A DNA stretch of 64,000 bases from Prochlorococcus sp. AG-679-M23 (lineage in GTDB: Bacteria; Cyanobacteriota; Cyanobacteriia; PCC-6307; Cyanobiaceae): assembly GCA_003208875.1 (NCBI GenBank), contig QCUR01000001.1, forward strand, positions 192,001 through 256,000. Direction: 5' to 3'. Within the stretch, counting starts at the first letter, position 1. Each line of letters opens with the position of its first letter. The notes beneath the pieces were generated by a model, which was given only the letters and a program-made list of their open reading frames with translations, did not search any database and was not told the DNA's origin. The position numbers and the translations under genes were made by a program. Of this stretch, positions 21,459-30,064 are shown one piece after another.

Positions 21459-22442
21459 GTGCAATTTATTGATCAAGCAAATATTATTCTCAAAGCTGGT
21501 AAAGGCGGTAATGGAATCGTCTCATTTAGAAGAGAAAAATTTGTTCCAGCCGGTGGACCTTCAGGAGGTAATGGAGGAAAGGGTGGTTCAATAATCATTA
21601 TTGCTGATAATAATCTTCAAACACTTTTAGATTTTAAATTTAATAGAGAAATATTTGCAAAAGATGGTTTCAAGGGAGGTCCAAACAAAAGATCTGGAGC
21701 TTCAGGAGAAAATACAATCCTAAAAGTTCCCTGTGGCACAGAAATTAGAGATTTTAATACTGGTATTATCCTAGGGGATTTAACTGAGGATAAGCAAAGC
21801 TTAACTATTGCTCATGGAGGGAGAGGCGGACATGGGAATGCTTATTATTTAAGTAATCAAAATAGGGCTCCTGAATCTTTCACTGAGGGAAAAGAAGGAG
21901 AGATATGGGAGGTGCAATTAGAATTAAAACTTCTTGCTGAAGTAGGTATTATAGGTCTTCCTAATGCTGGGAAGAGTACCTTAATTTCTGTTTTATCATC
22001 AGCAAGACCTAAAATCGCAAATTACCCTTTTACAACTTTGATACCTAATTTAGGTGTAGTAAGAAAAGCTGATGGGAATGGGTGCCTTTTTGCCGATATC
22101 CCTGGTTTAATATCTGGGGCTGCTGAAGGAGTAGGATTGGGACATGATTTTTTAAGACATATACAAAGAACTAAAATACTTATTCATTTGATTGATTCAA
22201 TTGCTGAAAATCCTATTCATGATTTCGAGATAATTGAGAAAGAATTAAAACGATATGGAAGTGGTCTTTTAAATAAAGAAAGAATAGTTGTACTTAATAA
22301 GATGGAACTTGTAGATGAAAATTATTTGCAAACAATTACAAAAAAGTTAGAAAATTTATCTAAGAAAAAAGTTTTAGTTATTTCTTCATCTTTACGAAAA
22401 GGTTTATCACCACTACTCTCTGAGGTTTGGAAGCGAATTTAA
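21459..22442 (+). CDS. obgE: GTPase ObgE/CgtA
   Basis: Gly-rich Obg fold, [22 protein letters not shown]. Confidence 0.98.
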   Translation: MQFIDQANIILKAGKGGNGIVSFRREKFVPAGGPSGGNGGKGGSIIIIADNNLQTLLDFKFNREIFAKDGFKGGPNKRSGASGENTILKVPCGTEIRDFNTGIILGDLTEDKQSLTIAHGGRGGHGNAYYLSNQNRAPESFTEGKEGEIWEVQLELKLLAEVGIIGLPNAGKSTLISVLSSARPKIANYPFTTLIPNLGVVRKADGNGCLFADIPGLISGAAEGVGLGHDFLRHIQRTKILIHLIDSIAENPIHDFEIIEKELKRYGSGLLNKERIVVLNKMELVDENYLQTITKKLENLSKKKVLVISSSLRKGLSPLLSEVWKRI

Positions 22443-22529
22443 TTTATTGAAAATATTATTTTATTGATTAAATTACTTGATTTAATTTAGGAAATTAGCC
22501 ATAAATTAGATATTGCCTTTAATAAACTT

Positions 22530-22712
22530 ATGAATTTTTATAGTTGCTTTGATCAACAAGGACAAATAATTGCCAGGTGCCAGACTATCCAAGATATTCA
22601 AGTTTTAAAGAAAATGGGAAGACCGATAGTAGAAGTAAAAGAAATGAAGAATGAAGAATCTGTTGTCTGTTCATTAACTGGAAGTCCATCTGATTTCAAT
22701 ATGGATTATTAA
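22530..22712 (+). CDS. Small hypothetical protein (60 aa)
   Basis: ATG-started ORF in an intergenic gap, followed by a terminator. Confidence 0.7.
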   Translation: MNFYSCFDQQGQIIARCQTIQDIQVLKKMGRPIVEVKEMKNEESVVCSLTGSPSDFNMDY

Positions 22713-22742
22713 TAAAAGATAAAAGATAAAAATAAAAAAAGG

Positions 22743-22772
22743 AAAGGGGCTATTAAAGCCCCTTTTATTTTT
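22743..22772. terminator. Bidirectional intrinsic terminator
   Basis: AAAGGGGCT-ATTAA-AGCCCCTTT flanked by A- and T-tracts, between convergent genes. Confidence 0.85.
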
Positions 22773-22792
22773 TACATTTTTAAAGTTAAAAA

Positions 22793-23011
22793 TTAATCGT
22801 CATAAACTAAACATTCAGGTTCGTCTGGATTTGCATCGCAGAATAACTCTAATGCATTCGGATCATGCTTATCTTCAGGATGATGATCTTTATATCCTTC
22901 GAGATCTTTTAATTCTTCAGTTAAATGTCTGACCTTTGGAAGATTTCCCTCTTCTTTTGCAGAGGCGATTTCCGATTGATCTTTTTGAATGTGTTCGTCA
23001 ATGGATTTCAT
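22793..23011 (-). CDS. cp12: CP12 Calvin-cycle regulatory protein (C-terminal Cys pair only)
   Basis: C-terminal LELFCDANPDEPECLVYDD signature. Confidence 0.9.
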   Translation of the reverse strand: MKSIDEHIQKDQSEIASAKEEGNLPKVRHLTEELKDLEGYKDHHPEDKHDPNALELFCDANPDEPECLVYDD

Positions 23012-23141
23012 TTTCAGTTTTTCATACTAAAGTAGATATCTATAACATAGTTAATTTGAATTGATTTTGCATCATGTATTTATAAAGTTCGTGTTCATTA
23101 CAACATGAAATTTTTGAATCAATAATTATTTGAAAATAAAT

Positions 23142-24089
23142 CTACTTTGGAAGTGATTGCATTATTTCCTTTAAAGTAGGTAAAACTGGGATGATTTGAT
23201 TGGGATTTAAAGGGAATAATGCTTTGTAATAATCTTTTTTCCATTCAGAGTCAAAACATGTTTCAGAAACCTTTGTTAATTTAAAAAATCTTAATCTCCA
23301 TTTAATAATATTTTTAAAATCTGAAATTTCTTTTGCAGTACATTTAAAAAGTTGCTTATAAATTAATTCCCAACGAATAATTGTTGGAAATAAATAGATA
23401 TCCGCATAAGTTAAATCTTCTCCACAAATCCAATTACCACAATTCTTCTCAAGCTTTTTTTCTATTTTAGTTAAAGTTTCAAAAAGGTTCTTACTTGCTT
23501 TTTCATAAGAGATCTGATTTCTGGCAAATCCGCATTTATAAACCCCATTGTTAATGTCCGAATGAATTATTTCTAGTAAATCTTGATCACATTTACTTAT
23601 TTGAAGTGTTTTTTGAGAGGAGTCTCCTTTTATTGAGTTCAGAAACCTTACTATTTCAGAACTTTCATTAGATAAAATATCAATCTGTTCATTTTGAAAA
23701 TTAAATAATAATGGTAGCGTCGACCTGAAAAGATTACGCTTTTGCGCTTTTTTATAAAATTGATGAAGAGTCTCGCATCCCTCAAACTTTTCATTGAAAA
23801 TCCATTGTCCACTATTTATATCTGCTTCTAAAAAAATAACTTTGACTTTCTTTGATAAGTTTTTCAGCTTGTAAATGAGTAAAGTTCTATGGCACCACGG
23901 ACAAGAATTCCCTACTAATAAGTAAGTATTTTCATTATTGACTTTAAATTCATAATTTTTTTTTATTAGTATTCCTCTCGGCCTTCTATAATTTCCTTGT
24001 AAATCTGAAGGTGCGAAACCATTCATTAATTTTGTCCAAAACCAAAACCAGAATTTTTGCGAAAAGTTAATGAGGTACTTATTTTGCAT
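23142..24089 (-). CDS. Glutathione S-transferase, omega/glutathionyl-hydroquinone reductase-like
   Basis: CPWCHR, NESSEI, INNGVYKCGFA, ADIYLFPTIIR. Confidence 0.88.
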   Translation of the reverse strand: MQNKYLINFSQKFWFWFWTKLMNGFAPSDLQGNYRRPRGILIKKNYEFKVNNENTYLLVGNSCPWCHRTLLIYKLKNLSKKVKVIFLEADINSGQWIFNEKFEGCETLHQFYKKAQKRNLFRSTLPLLFNFQNEQIDILSNESSEIVRFLNSIKGDSSQKTLQISKCDQDLLEIIHSDINNGVYKCGFARNQISYEKASKNLFETLTKIEKKLEKNCGNWICGEDLTYADIYLFPTIIRWELIYKQLFKCTAKEISDFKNIIKWRLRFFKLTKVSETCFDSEWKKDYYKALFPLNPNQIIPVLPTLKEIMQSLPK

Positions 24090-24112
24090 AAACTTAGAAA
24101 TTTAATTTTTAA

Positions 24113-25000
24113 ATGATCTTGAAAAAAATACTAATTGTTTCTGGTACTCATGGAAATGAAATAAATCCAGTATGGGCAATCAATCAATTCAATAAACAGT
24201 TTAAAACTATTGATAAAAATATTGAATATAAATTCATCATAGGAAACCCTCTTGCTTATGAAAGAGGTTGTAGATATATAAATAATGACTTAAATAGATC
24301 TTTTACTTCAACTCAAGATAATAGTATTTATGAAAATAATAGGGCAAAATTTTTAGTTGATAAGTTTGGATTCAATGGTTCAGAACCTTGTGATGTTGCT
24401 ATTGACTTGCACACCACTACGGCAAATATGGGAACAAGTATTGTTATTTATGGAAGAAGAATAAAAGATTTTTGTTTAGCAGCGCTACTTCAGCATAAAT
24501 TTGGCTTACCAATTTATTTGCATGAAAAAGATTTAAAACAAACTGGATTTCTCGTAGAAGCATGGCCATGTGGATTAGTCCTTGAAATAGGACCTGTTGC
24601 GCAAAATTTTTATGACCCAATAATTATAAATAGATTTCTTATAATTATTAGTTCTTTGAGAGATGAGTTAAACAAGTTAAAAAATAATCAAATAAGACTC
24701 CCGAAAGATTTAGTTGTCCATATTCATAAAGGAAGTATTGATTATCCAAGAGACAAAAATGGAAATATCAATGCTTTAATTCATCCTGAGAGAATCAATC
24801 AAGATTGGAAGCCTATAAAAAAGGACGATCCGTTATTTATGGATATGGAGGGTAAAACTAAAACTTATACAGATGAAGATACTATTTGGCCTGTCTTTAT
24901 TGGTGAGGTCGCTTATAAAGAAAAGAATATTGCAATGAGTTTTACAAAAAAAGAAGTAGTAAGTGTCACAGATAAAATGTATGAGGAATTTTTTAGTTAG
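24113..25000 (+). CDS. aspA: Aspartoacylase
   Basis: GTHGNE, DLNRSF, IDLHTTTANMG, EIGP. Confidence 0.9.
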   Translation: MILKKILIVSGTHGNEINPVWAINQFNKQFKTIDKNIEYKFIIGNPLAYERGCRYINNDLNRSFTSTQDNSIYENNRAKFLVDKFGFNGSEPCDVAIDLHTTTANMGTSIVIYGRRIKDFCLAALLQHKFGLPIYLHEKDLKQTGFLVEAWPCGLVLEIGPVAQNFYDPIIINRFLIIISSLRDELNKLKNNQIRLPKDLVVHIHKGSIDYPRDKNGNINALIHPERINQDWKPIKKDDPLFMDMEGKTKTYTDEDTIWPVFIGEVAYKEKNIAMSFTKKEVVSVTDKMYEEFFS

Positions 25001-25066
25001 GTTTTATATGATACGTAATTTCCCTTTTTTACATAAGAATAATTTATCTAAGGTATAAGATTTTTT

Positions 25067-25096
25067 TTCACATTATTGATGATTTTGGACTATATT
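25067..25096 (+). promoter_or_regulatory. Putative sigma70 promoter of psbA copy 1
   Basis: TTCACA-N18-TATATT, 68 nt upstream of the ATG. Confidence 0.5.
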
Positions 25097-25164
25097 TATC
25101 AAAGCGAAAATTAATTTTTCGTTTTTAATTACACGTCTCACTTAGAGACATACTTTACGAACTC

Positions 25165-26247
25165 ATGACAACTATTCAGCAGCAACGTACTTCGTTGCTT
25201 AAAGGCTGGCCACAGTTTTGTGAGTGGGTAACATCAACTAACAACAGAATTTATGTTGGTTGGTTCGGCGTCTTAATGATTCCATGCCTACTTGCAGCCG
25301 CGGCTTGTTTCATCGTTGCTTTCATCGCAGCACCTCCAGTAGACATCGACGGAATTAGAGAACCAGTTGCTGGTTCATTCCTATATGGAAACAACATCAT
25401 CTCAGGTGCAGTTGTTCCTTCTTCAAATGCTATTGGTCTACACTTCTACCCAATTTGGGAAGCAGCTACTGTAGATGAGTGGTTATACAACGGTGGTCCT
25501 TACCAGCTAGTAATATTCCACTTCCTTATTGGTATCTCAGCATACATGGGACGTCAGTGGGAGCTTTCATACCGTTTAGGTATGCGTCCTTGGATCTGTG
25601 TTGCATACTCTGCACCAGTTTCAGCAGCTTTCGCAGTATTCCTTGTATACCCATTCGGTCAAGGTTCATTCTCTGACGGAATGCCTTTAGGTATCTCTGG
25701 AACATTCAACTTCATGTTTGTTTTCCAGGCAGAGCACAACATTCTTATGCACCCATTCCACATGGCTGGTGTTGCAGGTATGTTCGGAGGATCTTTATTC
25801 TCAGCAATGCACGGTTCACTTGTTACTTCATCTCTAATCAGAGAAACAACTGAGACAGAATCTCAGAACTATGGTTACAAGTTCGGACAAGAAGAAGAAA
25901 CATATAACATCGTTGCAGCTCATGGCTACTTCGGTCGTTTATTCTTCCAATATGCTTCATTCAACAACAGCAGAAGTCTTCACTTCTTCCTAGCTGTATT
26001 CCCAGTTGTATGTGTTTGGTTAACTTCAATGGGAATCTGCACAATGGCATTCAACCTTAACGGTTTCAACTTCAACCAATCAGTTGTAGATGCAAACGGT
26101 AAGATTGTTCCTACATGGGGTGACGTTCTTAACAGAGCTAACCTAGGTATGGAAGTAATGCACGAGCGTAACGCTCACAACTTCCCACTTGATCTAGCAG
26201 CAGCTGAGTCTACAACAGTAGCTCTTACAGCTCCAGCTATCGGTTAA
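25165..26247 (+). CDS. psbA: Photosystem II D1 protein, copy 1 (Q130 type; carries F at canonical I259)
   Basis: Canonical D1 sequence including HNFPLDLA processing site; reads GRLFFQYAS. Confidence 0.99.
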   Translation: MTTIQQQRTSLLKGWPQFCEWVTSTNNRIYVGWFGVLMIPCLLAAAACFIVAFIAAPPVDIDGIREPVAGSFLYGNNIISGAVVPSSNAIGLHFYPIWEAATVDEWLYNGGPYQLVIFHFLIGISAYMGRQWELSYRLGMRPWICVAYSAPVSAAFAVFLVYPFGQGSFSDGMPLGISGTFNFMFVFQAEHNILMHPFHMAGVAGMFGGSLFSAMHGSLVTSSLIRETTETESQNYGYKFGQEEETYNIVAAHGYFGRLFFQYASFNNSRSLHFFLAVFPVVCVWLTSMGICTMAFNLNGFNFNQSVVDANGKIVPTWGDVLNRANLGMEVMHERNAHNFPLDLAAAESTTVALTAPAIG

Positions 26248-26265
26248 GCTTAAAGTTCTAAATTT

Positions 26266-26296
26266 AAAGCCTCCTTTTTTAAGGGGGCTTTTTTTT
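26266..26296 (+). terminator. Intrinsic terminator of psbA copy 1
   Basis: AAAGCCTCCTT..AAGGGGGCTTT stem followed by a T8 run. Confidence 0.9.
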
Positions 26297-26335
26297 GTCT
26301 ATTTATATAATTTGGTATTTCTGATACATCTTTTT

Positions 26336-26464
26336 ATGTCAATTTCAGATTATTTTATGTTCATGATTCAGTTTTATTTTTCGATAGTAATATTAATAGT
26401 GTTAACTTTTTTTGCAATGCTTTTAGATACTCCAGAATTAGGCTCTCTTATTCAAACTTTTTAA
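26336..26464 (+). CDS. Candidate small single-pass membrane protein (42 aa; alternative ATGs at 26357 and 26363)
   Basis: Hand translation MSISDYFMFMIQFYFSIVILIVLTFFAMLLDTPELGSLIQTF*; below the ORF-track size cutoff. Confidence 0.4.
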   Translation: MSISDYFMFMIQFYFSIVILIVLTFFAMLLDTPELGSLIQTF

Positions 26465-26794
26465 ATGATTAAAGAAATACATTAACTTTTGCTTTTGCAA
26501 ATCAATCTATTTTCAATCTGTTTTTTACAAATTTATTACTGGTTGGTTATCTAGAACAATCTAATTAACTAACCTGGTGGAGTATCAACTTTTGTTAAAC
26601 TCTCTTGAATAAATTAGCTATAAGTTAAAAATGATTATTATTTTTTTGTTAGTAAATATGCTGGTTTTTCACTTTTTTAAGAATTATCTTATTAATTTTT
26701 AGGTTTTTTAATAAGCATTGTTTATAAAATAGATAAGATTTTCTTATAAATCTATTAAGTTATTAATAATGTTCAATTTAATAAATTTTCCGTC

Positions 26795-26923
26795 TTAAAT
26801 TCTCTCACTACAAAAATTAGTTCCCTCAAAAGCCCCTAGTTCCAGTCTTCTATATTTTGCTTTCGATAAAGAAAATACTTCCTTTGATCTTTTTCCTTTG
26901 AATAGCCACTCTATTATTACCAA
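26795..26923 (-). CDS. Candidate small basic protein (42 aa)
   Basis: TTG start with GAGG 7 nt upstream; MVIIEWLFKGKRSKEVFSLSKAKYRRLELGAFEGTNFCSERI*. Confidence 0.6.
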   Translation of the reverse strand: MVIIEWLFKGKRSKEVFSLSKAKYRRLELGAFEGTNFCSERI

Positions 26924-27113
26924 GCTTATGCCTCAATAAAAAAGAAAATATTAAGATAAAAAGGCATATTTCACCTCAAAATGAGAAAAATGCTTAATCT
27001 GTCATAATTATTTCCGACACATTATTGATGATTTTGGACTATATTTATCAAAGCGAAAATTAATTTTTCGTTTTTAATTACACGTCTCACTTAGAGACAT
27101 ACTTTACGAACTC

Positions 27114-28196
27114 ATGACAACTATTCAGCAGCAACGTACTTCGTTGCTTAAAGGCTGGCCACAGTTTTGTGAGTGGGTAACATCAACTAACAACAGAATT
27201 TATGTTGGTTGGTTCGGCGTCTTAATGATTCCATGCCTACTTGCAGCCGCGGCTTGTTTCATCGTTGCTTTCATCGCAGCACCTCCAGTAGACATCGACG
27301 GAATTAGAGAACCAGTTGCTGGTTCATTCCTATATGGAAACAACATCATCTCAGGTGCAGTTGTTCCTTCTTCAAATGCTATTGGTCTACACTTCTACCC
27401 AATTTGGGAAGCAGCTACTGTAGATGAGTGGTTATACAACGGTGGTCCTTACCAGCTAGTAATATTCCACTTCCTTATTGGTATCTCAGCATACATGGGA
27501 CGTCAGTGGGAGCTTTCATACCGTTTAGGTATGCGTCCTTGGATCTGTGTTGCATACTCTGCACCAGTTTCAGCAGCTTTCGCAGTATTCCTTGTATACC
27601 CATTCGGTCAAGGTTCATTCTCTGACGGAATGCCTTTAGGTATCTCTGGAACATTCAACTTCATGTTTGTTTTCCAGGCAGAGCACAACATTCTTATGCA
27701 CCCATTCCACATGGCTGGTGTTGCAGGTATGTTCGGAGGATCTTTATTCTCAGCAATGCACGGTTCACTTGTTACTTCATCTCTAATCAGAGAAACAACT
27801 GAGACAGAATCTCAGAACTATGGTTACAAGTTCGGACAAGAAGAAGAAACATATAACATCGTTGCAGCTCATGGCTACTTCGGTCGTTTAATCTTCCAAT
27901 ATGCTTCATTCAACAACAGCAGAAGTCTTCACTTCTTCCTAGCTGTATTCCCAGTTGTATGTGTTTGGTTAACTTCAATGGGAATCTGCACAATGGCATT
28001 CAACCTTAACGGTTTCAACTTCAACCAATCAGTTGTAGATGCAAACGGTAAGATTGTTCCTACATGGGGTGACGTTCTTAACAGAGCTAACCTAGGTATG
28101 GAAGTAATGCACGAGCGTAACGCTCACAACTTCCCACTTGATCTAGCAGCAGCTGAGTCTACAACAGTAGCTCTTACAGCTCCAGCTATCGGTTAA
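27114..28196 (+). CDS. psbA: Photosystem II D1 protein, copy 2 (Q130 type, canonical I259)
   Basis: Canonical D1; reads GRLIFQYAS. Confidence 0.99.
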   Translation: MTTIQQQRTSLLKGWPQFCEWVTSTNNRIYVGWFGVLMIPCLLAAAACFIVAFIAAPPVDIDGIREPVAGSFLYGNNIISGAVVPSSNAIGLHFYPIWEAATVDEWLYNGGPYQLVIFHFLIGISAYMGRQWELSYRLGMRPWICVAYSAPVSAAFAVFLVYPFGQGSFSDGMPLGISGTFNFMFVFQAEHNILMHPFHMAGVAGMFGGSLFSAMHGSLVTSSLIRETTETESQNYGYKFGQEEETYNIVAAHGYFGRLIFQYASFNNSRSLHFFLAVFPVVCVWLTSMGICTMAFNLNGFNFNQSVVDANGKIVPTWGDVLNRANLGMEVMHERNAHNFPLDLAAAESTTVALTAPAIG

Positions 28197-28214
28197 GCTT
28201 AAAGTTCTAAATTT

Positions 28215-28245
28215 AAAGCCTCCTTTTTTAAGGGGGCTTTTTTTT
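28215..28245 (+). terminator. Intrinsic terminator of psbA copy 2
   Basis: Identical to the copy-1 terminator. Confidence 0.9.
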
Positions 28246-28305
28246 GTTTAATTCTCAATTGAGTTCTTATAATAGTTAATAGAACTTTAATAATTTGATA
28301 TTTCA

Positions 28306-29400
28306 ATGGGTAGCAGTTTTGGAAAAATTTTTCGTGTCACTACTTTTGGAGAATCTCATGGCGGTGCTGTTGGAGTTATTCTTGATGGATGTCCTCCAAA
28401 GTTAAAAATAAATATTGATCTTATACAAAATGAATTAGACAGGCGAAGACCTGGTCAGAGCAAAATTACAACTCCAAGAAATGAAGATGATAAATTAGAG
28501 ATTTTAAGTGGCTTAAAGGAGGGTATAACACTAGGAACCCCTATTGCAATGTTGGTTCGAAATAAAGATCAAAGACCAGGTGATTATAGTAATTTAGAGC
28601 AAGTATTCAGGCCATCTCACGCAGATGGCACATATCATTTGAAGTACGGAATACAGGCTGGTTCTGGAGGAGGTAGAGCCTCAGCTAGAGAAACTATAGG
28701 AAGAGTTGCTGCAGGTGCTATCGCAAAACAATTATTAAACAACTTGTTTAATACTGAAATTCTTTCTTGGGTAAAACGTATACATGATATTGACTCTCAG
28801 GTAAATAAAAATAAACTTACTCTAAGTAAAATAGATTCAAATATTGTTAGATGCCCAGATGATAAGGTGGCTGCAAAAATGATTAAAAGAATAAAAGAAT
28901 TGCAGCAAGATGGTGATTCTTGTGGAGGTGTTATTGAATGTTTAGTGAAAAATGTTCCATCAGGATTAGGTATGCCTGTCTTTGATAAATTGGAAGCTGA
29001 TCTTGCAAAGGCTTTGATGTCATTACCTGCTACTAAGGGTTTTGAAATAGGTTCAGGTTTCTTGGGTACTTATTTAAGAGGAAGTGAACATAATGATTCG
29101 TTTATTGAGTCTGATGATATTAGTAAGCTTAAAACAATATCAAATAATTCAGGAGGCATACAGGGAGGAATAAGTAATGGTGAGAATATTGAGATGAAAA
29201 TAGCTTTTAAACCAACAGCAACTATTGGAAAGGAGCAGAAAACCGTTAATGCTGATGGGAAAGAAGTACTAATGAAGGCTAAAGGCAGACATGATCCTTG
29301 TGTTTTACCGAGAGCAGTTCCCATGGTTGATGCAATGGTAGCTCTCGTTCTGGCAGATCATTTGCTTCTCAATCAAGCACAATGTTCAATTATTAAATAG
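28306..29400 (+). CDS. aroC: Chorismate synthase
   Basis: [39 protein letters not shown]. Confidence 0.98.
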   Translation: MGSSFGKIFRVTTFGESHGGAVGVILDGCPPKLKINIDLIQNELDRRRPGQSKITTPRNEDDKLEILSGLKEGITLGTPIAMLVRNKDQRPGDYSNLEQVFRPSHADGTYHLKYGIQAGSGGGRASARETIGRVAAGAIAKQLLNNLFNTEILSWVKRIHDIDSQVNKNKLTLSKIDSNIVRCPDDKVAAKMIKRIKELQQDGDSCGGVIECLVKNVPSGLGMPVFDKLEADLAKALMSLPATKGFEIGSGFLGTYLRGSEHNDSFIESDDISKLKTISNNSGGIQGGISNGENIEMKIAFKPTATIGKEQKTVNADGKEVLMKAKGRHDPCVLPRAVPMVDAMVALVLADHLLLNQAQCSIIK

Positions 29401-29410
29401 GAATAAATAT

Positions 29411-30037
29411 TTAATTTGATCTTCTTCTGAGCCATTCATATATCTTTGGATCTATTTTATTATTTTTAAAACCCCTATCCCCAATTACGATAGCTTTATA
29501 TCCTAAAGATTTATATTGCGGTATATCTGATATAGATAGTCCTCCTGCCGCAATAAAATCTATATTTTTATATTGAGATATATTTATTAAATCAATATTG
29601 TCTTTAACAGGGTAAATTTTAATAATTTTACAATTTAAATCTATTGCTTGTTTAAGATCTTTTAAATGTTTGATTCCAGGAATTAATAAATGATTTTTTG
29701 AATTTGAATAATTTAAAAGGTCTCTATTCCAACCTTTCATCATTGAATAATTTAAACCTATTTTTATAGAGTCATCTATCGATTTCTTATTTCTTATAGA
29801 AGCAGAACCTAAATTAAGTTTTGGGAACTTTAATCTTAAATTTGAAACATAATTTAGCCAGTTTTCATTATTAGACCAACTGATTTCTATATTTATGAAA
29901 CCTGCTTTTATTAAAAGCTCTATTTCTAGTTCAATTAAATCTCTTTCAATAGTATTTGTATAAATATTTTTAGTAGGTTTTATTAATAAAAAAAAAGATT
30001 CTGAATTTAGTCTTTTAGAGAAAGAATCTTTTTTTTT
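29411..30037 (-). CDS. eda: KDPG/KHG aldolase-like protein; frame open to 30037 but no NTG start before 29743
   Basis: Upstream in-frame hand translation ...LIKAGFINIEISWS...LNLGSASI..., then IPGI, KIYP, AAGG, matching a diverged Eda TIM barrel. Confidence 0.6.
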   Translation of the reverse strand, partial: KKKDSFSKRLNSESFFLLIKPTKNIYTNTIERDLIELEIELLIKAGFINIEISWSNNENWLNYVSNLRLKFPKLNLGSASIRNKKSIDDSIKIGLNYSMMKGWNRDLLNYSNSKNHLLIPGIKHLKDLKQAIDLNCKIIKIYPVKDNIDLINISQYKNIDFIAAGGLSISDIPQYKSLGYKAIVIGDRGFKNNKIDPKIYEWLRRRSN

Positions 30038-30064
30038 TTAATGGAGATATTAAATTTTTTTAAA

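Larger units (their letters stand above)
25069..26298 (+). repeat. Direct repeat unit 1 (psbA with leader and terminator), 1230 bp
   Basis: Matches 27018-28247 at constant offset 1949; one mismatch seen (25942 T vs 27891 A). Confidence 0.97.
27018..28247 (+). repeat. Direct repeat unit 2 (psbA with leader and terminator), 1230 bp
   Basis: Matches 25069-26298. Confidence 0.97.

Noticed and set aside
26315..26327. GTA-N7-TAC after the psbA terminator as an NtcA site
   Set aside because: Spacing is 7 rather than 8 nt.
26631..26702. 23-aa hydrophobic ORF (MIIIFLLVNMLVFHFFKNYLINF) in the psbA spacer
   Set aside because: Very short, no RBS, and expected by chance in T-rich DNA.
26299..27017. psbA spacer as an IS element, MITE or CRISPR array
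   Set aside because: No terminal inverted repeats, transposase fragment, target-site duplication or periodic repeats seen.
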